The notes below the pieces were generated by a model. That model worked only from the letters and a program-made list of their open reading frames with translations, searched no databases and was not told the origin of the DNA. A DNA stretch of 30,174 nt from Octopus sinensis (lineage: Eukaryota), in the NCBI RefSeq assembly GCF_006345805.1, contig NW_021833146.1, positions 1-30,174 on the forward strand, given 5' to 3'. Positions 12,561 through 22,929 of the stretch are shown piece after piece (positions within the stretch are counted from its first letter, which is position 1; each line of letters starts with the position of its first letter). Made by a program: the position numbers and the translations under genes.

Positions 12561-13543
12561 GTGGAGGCGCAATGGCCCAGTGGTTAGGGCAGCGGACTCG
12601 CGGTCATAGGATCGCGGTTTCGATTCCCAGACCGGAAAAGATGCTTGGTGGTGGCACTGGGGTCGATGTAATCGACTTAATCCCTTTGTCTGTCCTTGTT
12701 TGTCCACTGTGTTTAGCCCCTTGTGGGAAGTAAAGAAACATATATATATATATATATATACATATATACGACGGGCTTCTTTCAGTTTCCGTCTACCAAA
12801 TCCACTCACAAGGCTTTGTCAGCCCGAGGCTATAGTAGAAGACACATGCCCAAGGTACCACGCAGTGGGACTGAACCCAGAACCCAGAATCACGTGGTTT
12901 GGAGGCAAGCTTCTTACCACACAGCCAAGCCTATACATATAAATAATATATATATATATATAATATATATATATATAAAAGGCGGCGAGCTGGCAGAAAC
13001 GTTAGCACGCCGGGCGAGATGCTTAGTGGTATTTCGTCTGCCGTTACGTTCTGAGTTCAAGTTCCGCCAAGATCGACTTTGCCTTTCATCCTTTCGGGGT
13101 CGATAAATTAAGTACCAGTTACGCACTGGGGGTTGATGTAATCGACTTAAAACCATCTGTCTGCCCTTGTTTGTCTCCTCTGTGTTTAGCCCCTTGTGGG
13201 TAGTAAAGAAATAGGTTTCGATTCCCAGACCGGGCGTTGTGAGTGTTTATTGAGCGAAAACACCTAAAAGCTCCACGAGGCTCCGGCAGGGGATGGTGGT
13301 GATCCCTGCTGTACTCTTTCACCACAACTTACTCTCACTCTTACTTCCTGTTTCTGTTGTACCTGTATTTCAAGGGTCGGCCTTGTCACTCTCTGTGTCA
13401 CGCTGAATATCCCCGAGAACTACGTTAAGGGTACAAGTGTCTGGGGAGTGCTCAGCCACTTACACGTTAATTTCACGAGCAGGCTGTTCCGTTGATTCGG
13501 ATCAACCGGAACCCTCGTCGTCGTAACCGACGGAGTGCTTCCA
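12561..13543 (+). mobile_element. SINE-C (tRNA-derived), split by a 578-bp insertion
   Basis: Head gtggaggcgcaatggcccagtggttagg...ggtttcgattccc, with the body resuming at 13214. It matches the intact minus copy at 16531-16914. atgcctaga lies near both ends (TSD-like). Confidence 0.85.
12978..13213 (+). mobile_element. SINE-M, full copy (central gactttgcctttcatcctttcggggtcgataaattaagtacc; possibly the MetaSINE domain)
   Basis: Homologous to 17094 and 20639. The Meta-domain assignment is from memory and tentative. Confidence 0.8.
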
Positions 13544-13707
13544 TATGCCTAGACGCAAAGCCCAACATAGCATTGGTGAATGTGTTAAAAACAAACAAAT
13601 CTATTGATAAATAATACACTCTACAAAGTAAATTCAAGACGAAGAACGGCGTTGGTAGTCGACCGATCGCCAAGTTATGCCCGATTTTAGAAGGAGACAA
13701 GTAATTG

Positions 13708-14822
13708 TCTGAGGACCTTTTCAAACTCCACCCGTCTAACACCCGTGGACAAATTTACAAAGTCAGAAAACAGCACAGCTCCCATGACGTTCAGAAACAT
13801 TTTTTCACGCTGAGAGTTGCTGAAGCATGGAACAAACTGCCGGTATCAGTTGTTAGTTGTCGGAGCACTGCATCCTTCAAAACTTCCATGCTTCCTGAGA
13901 TTCGCCAACGCTACACCTGATTTTCTCCCCTCCATACACACGCAAGCATGTATCTGACTCATACATTGTTCGCTTTCCAGACATTTGTACATCACTGCAT
14001 ATGCAGACACCCATAAAATTATTAATTATAAAATTATGGCAGACACCCATAAAATTATTAACCATCTTACCAACAATAACTCTGAGCACCTTTTCAAACT
14101 CCACCTGTCTAACACCCGTGGACATGTTTACAAAGTCAGAAAACAGCACAGCTCCCATGACTTCAGGAAACATTTTTTCACGCTGAGAGTTGCTGAAGCA
14201 TGGAACAAACTGCCGGTATCAGTTGTTAGTTGTCGGAGCACTGCATCCTTCAAAACTTCCATGCTTCCTGAGATTCGCCAACGCTATACCTGATTTTCTC
14301 CCCTCCATACACACGCAAGCATGTATCTGACTCATACATTGTTCGCTTTCCAGACATTTGTACATCACTGCATATGCAGACACCCATAAAATTATTAATT
14401 ATAAAATTATGGCAGACACCCATAAAATTATTAACCATCTTACCAACAATAACTCTGAGCACCTTTTCAAACTCCACCTGTCTAACACCCGTGGACATGT
14501 TTACAAAGTCAGAAAACAGCACAGCTCCCATGACTTCAGGAAACATTTTATCACGCTGAGAGTTGCTGAAGCATGGAACAAACTGCCGGTATCAGTTGTT
14601 AGTTGTCGGAGCACTGCATCCTTCAAAACTTCCATGCTTCCTGAGATTCACCAACACTACACCTGATTTTCTCCCCTCCATACACACACAAGCATGTACC
14701 TGACTCATACATTGTTCGCTTCCCAGACATTTGTACATTACTGCATATGCTTTATATGCACTTTATGACAAGTTGTGGTGCACCTGAGCACTGTATACAA
14801 TAATTTCATTATTATTATTATT
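13708..14822 (+). mobile_element. CR1 LINE 3' end in three tandem copies (373-bp period)
   Basis: NTRGHVYKVRKQHSSHDFRKHFFTLRVAEAWNKLPVSVVSCRSTASFK is a CR1 ORF2 C-terminal motif. Units start at 13708, 14081 and 14454. Only the last has the full 3' end and (ATT)n tail. Confidence 0.9.
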
Positions 14823-15218
14823 GAGTGAGAGAGCAGTGGATGCCATCAAAGTGACACTGGGGTAAAATATACGAAGTCCAGTATACCCATCATGACTACC
14901 CATCTGATAAGGGTACACCAGGCACATGCATCACAACCATATGTGCGCGACATGGTGATCTCATATCAAGATAAACAGCACATGACCTTGCAGGTGGGGC
15001 CCAGTTAGAATTTTCTTCAGGTCGAGTAGCCCATCCTGCTCAAAAGGTCCCTGAATAAGGGTTGCTTTAGGATGTTGAACGAAACACCTATGTTTCCAGA
15101 GGTGAATTATTCAAACTCCAAAGAATCCCTCTCAACACATGGCTATGATGCTCCCCCGCTACTTCTGCTCGTGATCAGAGATGCACGTATCGTCAGCCAC
15201 TAAGGGACATGCTCAACT
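14823..15218 (-). mobile_element. Element D: interspersed repeat, probably SINE-like, tail-to-tail with the CR1
   Basis: Bounded by (ATT)n on both sides. It is recognised as a recurrent Octopus-type repeat, but there is only one copy in the window and the orientation is inferred. Confidence 0.45.
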
Positions 15219-15259
<41 letters not shown>

Positions 15260-15580
15260 ATTGGATAGATTTGCATCTATACCTATTGTTGGATTTTGTT
15301 ATGATAAAGATGTGGATGGGAGAAAATGTGGGTAGAAGGTGATGTACTAGCAGCCCTCTCCCCTTGCTGTTTTACAAAGTAAACACCAACACAAAATAAC
15401 TATGCAGAGGCAGCCATGGTCGGAACATGAACAAGCATTCTTAAAAGAGAAAAGAAGTATGGTCATTCCTTACCCAAGTGACCTTATCTTATCGCTAATA
15501 AATTAGTTTGAAAACTGAGCTCTGGTTGGTTGTATGCAAATGAGTTCATAATTAGGGTCCGGAACTCCCTTGGGGAAAAA

Positions 15581-16975
15581 AATCTCGCGCCCTGAACCCC
15601 ACAAAAAATACGTATTCTCTACAGCAATAGCCTAAAACAGGACGAAAAGTGCAACCCCTTTAAAAGTGCCCCTCGGGGCGGAGGGCCCCTACTGACACTC
15701 CTTCCCTGCTACGCTCGAGGGTAAATGGAGGGCTTAAAACAGAATCTCGCAAATATATTTTACACAAAAAATACATATTATCTAGAGCAATAGCCTACAA
15801 TAGGACGAAAAGTGCAACCCCTTTAAAAGTGCCGCCCGGGGCGGAGGGCCCCTATAGCCACTCCTCCCTGCTACGCTAGTGGATAAATGGAGGGCTTAAA
15901 ACAGAATCTCGCAAATATATTTACAACAAAAAATATTATCTAGAGCAATAGCCTACAATAGGACGAAAAGTGCAACCCCTTTAAAAGTGCCGCCCGGGGC
16001 GGAGGGCCCCTATAGCCACTCCCTCCTTGCTACGCTAGTGGATAAATGGAGGGCTTAAAACAGAATCTCGCAAATATATTTTACACAAAAAATACATATT
16101 ATCTAGAGCAATAGCCTACAATAGGACGAAAAGTGCAACCCCTTTAAAAGTGCCGCCCGGGGCGGAGGGCCCCTATAGCCACTCCCTCCTTGCTACGCTA
16201 GTGGATAAATGGAGGGCTTAAAACAGAATCTCGCAAATATATTTTACACAAAAAATACATATTATCTAGAGCAATAGCCTACAATAGGACGAAAAGTGCA
16301 ACCCCTTTAAAAGTGCCGCCCGGGGCGGAGGGCCCCTATAGCCACTCCCTCCTTGCTACGCTAGTGGATAAATGGAGGGCTTAAAACAGAATCTCGCAAA
16401 TATATTTTACACAAAAAATACATATTATCTAGAGCAATAGCCTACAATAGGACGAAAAGTGCAACCCCTTTAAAAGTGCCGCCCGGGGCGGAGGGCCCCT
16501 ATAGCCACTCCCTCCTTGCTACGCTAGTGGGGAAGCACTCCGTCGGTTACGACGATGAGGGTTCCGGTTGATCCGAATCAACGGAACAGCCTGCTCGTGA
16601 AATTAACGTGTAAGTGGCTGAGCACTCCACAGACACGTGTACCCTTAACGTAGTTCTCGGGGATATTCAGCGTGACACAGAGAGTGACAAGGCCGACCCT
16701 TTGAAATACAGGTACAACAGAAACAGGAAGCAAGAGTGAGAGAAAGTTGTGGTGAAAGAGTACAGCAGGGATCACCACCATCCCCTGCCGGAGCCTCGTG
16801 GAGCTTTAGGTGTTTTCGCTCAATAAACACTCACAACGCCCGGTCTGGGAATCGAAACCGCGATCCTATGACCGCGAGTCCGCTGCCCTAACCACTGGGC
16901 CATTGCGCCTCCACAGCTACGGTAGTGGATAAATGGAGGGCTTCAAACAGAATTTCGCGAATATATTTTACGAAA
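15581..16975. repeat. 163-bp minisatellite, ~6 copies, last unit interrupted by SINE-C
   Basis: ggacgaaaagtgc at 15640, 15803, 15961, 16124, 16287 and 16450. The unit resumes at 16916. Confidence 0.95.
16531..16914 (-). mobile_element. SINE-C, intact copy with 13-bp TSD
   Basis: TSD gctacgctagtgg (16518-16530) / gctacggtagtgg (16916-16928), one mismatch. Confidence 0.9.
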
Positions 16976-17093
16976 TCCTATCTCTTGTTTCCTGGAGTAG
17001 AGTGAATTATGATGTAAGGGAAATAACTCTTACTTTACTCATAGTTCTGTGTTGCTCAAGGCAAGATTTTTAGTTGGACGTTATATAAGTGTT

Positions 17094-17868
17094 TAAGGCG
17101 GCGAGCTGGCAGAAACGTTAGCGCGCCGGACGAAATGCTTAGCGGTATTCGTCTGCCGTTACGTTCTGAGTTCAAATTCCGCCAAGGTCGACTTTGCCTT
17201 TCATCCTTTCGGGGTCGATAAATTAAGTACCAGTTACGCACTGGGGTCGATGTAATCGAATTAATACCTATGTCTGTCCTTGTTTGTCCCATCTATGTTT
17301 AGCCCCTTGTGGGTAATAAAGAAATAGATATTTCGTCTGCCGTTACGTTCTGAGTTCAAATTCCGCCAAAGTCGACTTTGCCTTTCATCCTTTCAGGATC
17401 GATAAATTGAGTAGCAGTTACGCACTGGGGTCGATGTAATCAAATTAATACCTATGTCTGTCCTTGTTTGTCCCCTCTATGTTTAGCCCCTTGTGGGTAA
17501 TAAAGAAATAGATATTTTGTCTGCCGTTACGTTCTGAGTTCAAATTCCGCCAAGGTCGACTTTGCCTTTCATCCTTTCGGGGTCGATAAATTAAGTACCA
17601 GTTACGCACTGGGGTCAATGTAATCGAATTAATACCTATGTCTGTCCTTGTTTGTCCCCTCTATGTTTAGCCCCTTGTAGGTAATAAAGAAATAGATATT
17701 TCGTCTGCCGTTACGTTGTGAGTTCAAATTCCGCCAAGGTCGACTTTGCCTTTCTTCCTTTCGGGGTCGATAAATTAAGTACTAGTTACACACTGGGGTC
17801 GATATAATCGACTTAATCTGTTTGTCTGTCCCCTCTGTGCGTAGCCCCTTGTGGTCAGGAAAGAAATA
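17094..17868 (+). mobile_element. SINE-M with one head and four tandem bodies (~184-bp period)
   Basis: tctgccgttacgtt recurs at ~17150, 17335, 17520 and 17703. Confidence 0.9.
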
Positions 17869-17949
17869 AAAAATGTTAACAAGCCAGGCGAAATGCTTAG
17901 CAGTATTTCGTCTGTCTTTACGCTATGACGGTGATTAATATTATTATTA

Positions 17950-18640
17950 AACAATGATAAATCTCAGATGCGAGTTATAAACAGTAGCGGTAACACATCG
18001 TGATGCATATTTGCCATTTGAATATGGCTAACCCATAAGGGTGGATGCTACTATAGTTTGTAGCCCCAGGAAGATATCTCCTCCAGCTGGCTATAGACAC
18101 ACTATCTGTGTCCTCTCAGTATTTGTGAAGGGGAGTCATCCTCCCCGTCTTCAACTCATGTACACACGGACCCGAGTTTCAAGGTGTTTACCTTTCATCA
18201 GCGTGTGACAATCATGGTTGTCGACGAGAAGCCAGCTCCCTTCACAAATATGGCAAATATGCATCACAATGTGTTACCGCTACTGTTTATAACTCGCTCT
18301 GGGATTTATCATTGTTTGATTTCACTTTTTCAATATCAGTGTCAATCGACACTGGAAAAAGTATATGTATTTGTGAAGGGAGCTGACTTCTCATCGCCAA
18401 CCATGATTGTCACACGCTGATGAAAGGTAAACACCTTGAAACTCGGGTACGTGTGTATCATGAGTTGAAGACGGGGAGGATGACTCCCCTTCACAAATAA
18501 TGAGAGGACACAGATAGTGTGTCTATAGCCAGCTGGAGGAGATATCTTCCTGGGGCTACAAACTACAGTAGCATCCACCCTTAGGGGTTAGCCATATTCA
18601 AATGGCAAATATGCGTCACAATATTATTATTATTCTGAAT
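17950..18640. repeat. Nested inverted-repeat (fold-back) element
   Basis: 18001-18250 versus revcomp of 18368-18618: 9 differences by manual count. 17950-18016 versus revcomp of 18251-18316: 3 differences. Confidence 0.9.
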
Positions 18641-18731
18641 TTATCTTGTTAAGCGATTGCAGCTCAATGCAGTGATAAAATATTCTGGGCAACAGAAACA
18701 AACCACTTTGGAAAAAAAAGGGGAGAAATAT

Positions 18732-19129
18732 GGATCTTTTCAGTTTGAACAGCAGTTTTTTCTAGCAGTGTCATATGAAATTGTCACCCATAATTATGAC
18801 CCTAGTATTGATCTATTGTATTTCAATCTATTTTAGGGTTAGGGTATCTTTTTTTTCTTTACAAAAGTAAATAAACCCAATCTGTTTCTTAAACGAGGGA
18901 CATATTCATACGGTACGGAATGTTTTCACCTCAATAGACGTCACTGATTGGTTGAAATCGCAGAAATTGAAGGAAAAAAACAACAAATATCTTACAAACT
19001 ATAGTATTTTCTCAATAAAGCCAAGAGAAAAAGATGTTTTATAAACACATTCTACCAGTATACGAAGTTTAAAATTTTTTAGTTACCTAGAAATTATGTT
19101 AAAAACTGCCGTTCAAAAGGAAAAGATCC
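18732..19129. mobile_element. 398-bp MITE, 29-bp TIRs starting GGATC, 8-bp TSD
   Basis: Left end ggatcttttcagtttgaacagcagttttt; right end revcomp ggatcttttccttttgaacggcagttttt. TSD agaaatat at 18724-18731 and 19130-19137. Confidence 0.85.
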
Positions 19130-19703
19130 AGAAATATAGACAAACAACAACCGTGAAGTATTTTATAAGGCTTTATTCACTGTAATTCTTTTGATATATA
19201 TATATATATATATATACAAATACATTTTATTATTATTTCATAGTAAAAAAAAGAAGAAAATCAAGGCTCTTATCAATCTCCGCAAGTGGCTAACTTGTTT
19301 CATAGATAATTTATCAACCACTTAGTAAACTAAAGCATCAGACATTTTCTACTTGTGTCCGCACAGCAAAGTATCACACACACAAAGATCAGTGTTTCTT
19401 TCTTTCTTTTTTTCTTCTTTGTTTTTTTTTTGATTCAGTGGGGAAGTAGGGAATTGATTGACAAGAATTCACTCCAAGAATATTAACAAATAAATTAACA
19501 GCAAAAAACCAAATTCCCCCCCACCCCACCCCCCGCTTAATAATATAAAACAAACAACACTGTGTAACAAAACTTTTATTTATTTATTTATTTATTGTCT
19601 TTGGTCATCAGTAAGTGTTATTTTTTTTATTTGATTCTATCCAGAAATCAAAGGAAGTGACTACCATCCCCTTCAAACTTTGCTTTTGTCACCTGGACAT
19701 CAA

Positions 19704-19920
19704 CCCTTTCATTACTGTATTTCTGTTGAGATGCTCTGTGTTTCTTTCAATTACTTTATAACAAAGAATTTAGTAAAATAACTTAGTTATCATTCAGCTA
19801 GTGTTAGGAACATAAATTGTGACTAAGGTTTGGTGGAAGATTTTAATTCAAAACTTATGAAAACAAGACATTTGTACTACAGAGCCAGAGGTGGTTTCAG
19901 CCGGGTTGGTAATGAAAGGG
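19704..19920. mobile_element. piggyBac-like MITE (217 bp) with TCAA flanks
   Basis: Perfect 12-bp TIR ccctttcattac/gtaatgaaaggg, with tcaa on both sides. Confidence 0.75.
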
Positions 19921-19953
19921 TCAATGTTTTAAAACTCACCTATTTTCCATTAA

Positions 19954-20170
19954 CGCTTTAGTATTTAATATTTAAACCGGCCAAATCCGGCCAAAATATT
20001 TAATCTGTTTTTATGTTCAAACTGACCAGATCCAGGCCCTCACACCTACCCTACAATGTTATTCTACATTAGGTAATTACACCATCAAGATCTTGAAGAT
20101 ATGAGATAATGCATGATTAATTCAAATCAATAAGCATTATGTTTGATGGAATAATCTGAACGCTAAAGGG
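19954..20170. mobile_element. piggyBac-like MITE (217 bp) with TTAA flanks
   Basis: ttaa|cgctttag ... ctaaaggg|ttaa; imperfect TIR. Confidence 0.7.
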
Positions 20171-20208
20171 TTAAATTTGAGATAGATTCAGCGACGAATT
20201 GCTGAAGC

Positions 20209-20312
20209 AGAATTGTCTAGAACTTTCTAGAGGTTTCAAGAACGTTTGAGAAGTTTCTAAAATTTTCAAGAATTTCTGGAACATTCCGGCAACATAGGTG
20301 GCTGTATAAAAA
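20209..20312 (+). promoter_or_regulatory. Heat-shock-element-like array (alternating nGAAn/nTTCn) plus TATA box
   Basis: 13 in-phase pentamers at 20209-20273 (9 perfect, 4 with one mismatch), then TTCtgGAAcaTTC to 20286 after a 1-bp slip. TATAAAAA at 20305-20312. Confidence 0.55.
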
Positions 20313-20344
20313 CAGGGATCGTAAGCTCAACATTCTATACTATA

Positions 20345-20569
20345 CTCTTTACTCTCTTTTACTTGTTTCAGTCATTTGACTGCGGCCATGCTGGAGCACC
20401 GCCTTTAGACGAGCAACTCGACCCCGGGGCTTATTCTTTTGTAAGCCCAGTACTTATTCTATCAGTCTCTTTTGCCGAACCACTAAGTAACGGGGACATA
20501 AACACACCAGCATCGGTTGTCAAGCAATGCTAGGGGGACAAACACAGACACACAAAACACACCACATGC

Positions 20570-20614
<45 letters not shown>

Positions 20615-21253
20615 TATCTATATATATATATATGCATATAAGGCGAGATGGCAGAAACGTTAGCACGCCGGGCGAAATGCGTAGCGTATTTCGTCTGCCG
20701 TTGCGTTCTGGGTTCAATTTCCGCCAAGGTCGACTTTGCCTTTCATCCTTTCGGGGTCGATAAATTAAGTACCAGTTACACACTGGGGTCAGTGAATCGA
20801 CTTAATCCGTTTGTCTGTCCTTGTTTGTCCCCTGTGTTTAGCCCCTTGTGGGAAGTAAAGAAATATATATATATATATATATATACATATATACGACGGG
20901 CTTCTTTCAGTTTCCATCTACCAAATCCACTCACAAGGCTTTGGTCAGCCCGAGGCTATAGTAGAAGACACTTGCCCAAGGTGCCACGCAGTGGGACTGA
21001 ACCCAGAACCACGTGGTTTGGAGGCAAGCTTCTTACCACACAGCCAAGCCTATACATATAAATAATATATATACATATATATACAGAAGAGGTTTCTTTC
21101 TGTTTCCATCTACCAAATCTACTCACAAGGCTTTGGTCAGCCCGAGGCTATAGTAGAAGACACTTGCCCAAGGTGCCACGCAGTGAGACTGAACCCAGAA
21201 CCATGTGGTTGGTAAACAAGCTACTTACCACACAGCCACACTCCTGCGCCTAT
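20345..21253. mobile_element. Nested SINE cluster: SINE-A (-) 20345-21052 with SINE-M (+) 20639-20862 in its internal (TA)n, plus a second SINE-A head (-) 21085-21253
   Basis: Colinear with other family copies in the window. Confidence 0.85.
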
Positions 21254-21675
21254 ATTGAGAGGGATTCTTTGGGGGTTTTTGATAAATATCATAAGAAAAG
21301 CAAAGTTTGAAGGAAATATTAGCTATTCCTAGGAGAACGCAAATAGGAAGCAACACTTGCTACCCCCAAGAACAGAAATTGTGTTACACAGTGTAACATT
21401 AAATAATGCTAGCACCAATTAGTTTCATATAGAACAATGACCCTGCTAAGGAAGGATTGACTGTGCGTCTCTTATTTGCTGTGAGACCGTGTTCCCTGTA
21501 GTTACGCAGATTTTGTACTTCATGCAACATGAAGCTGAGGGCCCTATCAAAGATAATGGGAGACAGAAGGTCTTCGTACGGCACCGCTTCAACGTCACGG
21601 TTGCAAGTGCATAGGGAAGGAGGAGGAGACGATACAGAATACATAAATATATGTATATATGTATGTGTGTATATA

Positions 21676-21725
<50 letters not shown>

Positions 21726-21863
21726 TACACATATATATATATACATATATGCATATATATATATATGCATATATATATATATATGTATATATATATAAAA
21801 ATTTAATTGAGGTGAGAAATTAGATATTAATTTAATACATAAATATATGTATGTGTGTATATA

Positions 21864-21904
<41 letters not shown>

Positions 21905-21909
21905 CACAC

Positions 21910-21984
<75 letters not shown>

Positions 21985-21985
<1 letters not shown>

Positions 21986-22510
21986 AGACGTGTTGAGGCA
22001 AGTGAGGATCAGAATCGAAATCGATCAATGGAAATTGCGGATGTGCTACCAGTGCCGGTGGCATGTCGAAACTCTGCTTGTGAAGACCCATTGAGGCAAG
22101 TGAGGATCAGAATCGAAATCGATCAATGGAAATCGATCAATGGAAATTGCAGATGTGTTACCAGTGCCGGTGGCATGTAAGAGAACTTTCCGTTTCGCGA
22201 CCGTTGCCAGCACCGCCCCGTTTCGTGTCCGTTGCCAGCCTCGCCTGGCCCTCGTGCCGGTGGCACATAAAAAGCACCATCCGTTCGTGGCCGTTTGCCA
22301 GCTCTGTCTGGCACCAGTGCGGGTGGCACGTAAAAAGCACCCACTACACTCACGGAGTGGTTGGCGTTAGGAAGGGCATCCAGCCGTAGAAACACTGCCA
22401 GATTTGACTGGGCCTGATGAAGCCTTCTGGCTTCACAGACCCCAGTAGAACCGTCCAACCCATGCTAGCATGGAAAACGGACGCTAAATGATGATGATGA
22501 TGATGATGAT
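21985..22510 (+). mobile_element. Element B with an internal ~100-bp duplication
   Basis: tgaggcaagtgaggatcagaatcgaaatcgatcaatgg occurs twice. It ends ggaaaacggacgctaa(atg)n. Confidence 0.8.
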
Positions 22511-22543
22511 GTATATATGTATGTGTGTGTATGTGTGTATATA

Positions 22544-22591
<48 letters not shown>

Positions 22592-22612
22592 TATATATAT
22601 ACATATATGCAT

Positions 22613-22649
<37 letters not shown>

Positions 22650-22703
22650 GCATATATATACATATATATACATATATATATAATATATATACATATATAT
22701 ATA

Positions 22704-22745
<42 letters not shown>

Positions 22746-22859
22746 TTAAATTGAGGGTGAGAAATTAGATATTAATTAATTAACATCGATTTCACACCAG
22801 TGGTCTAGCATATAAAAAAAAAACTGACGGTTCAGTAATATAAAAAAAACCCCAAAAAC

Positions 22860-22916
<57 letters not shown>

Positions 22917-22929
22917 TGTGTTTATATAT

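Noticed and set aside
13705-14666. Three 71-102 aa ORFs as a tandem gene family
   Set aside because: They are CR1 ORF2 C-terminal remnants; the apparent starts arise at duplication junctions.
6120-16914. tRNA genes at 6120, 12561 and 16840-16914
   Set aside because: A/B boxes are present, but they run into SINE bodies or simple tails and lack a complete cloverleaf.
8590-16975. CRISPR-like arrays (187-bp and 163-bp repeats)
   Set aside because: These are contiguous tandem units with no unique spacers, no cas genes, and a eukaryotic context.
18830-18846. Interstitial telomere
   Set aside because: Only two TTAGGG units, located inside a MITE.
19140-19660. Polyadenylation site or 3' UTR end of the TLNRD1-like gene
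   Set aside because: Several minus-strand AATAAA hexamers occur, but they are expected in AT-rich DNA and cannot be assigned without transcript data.
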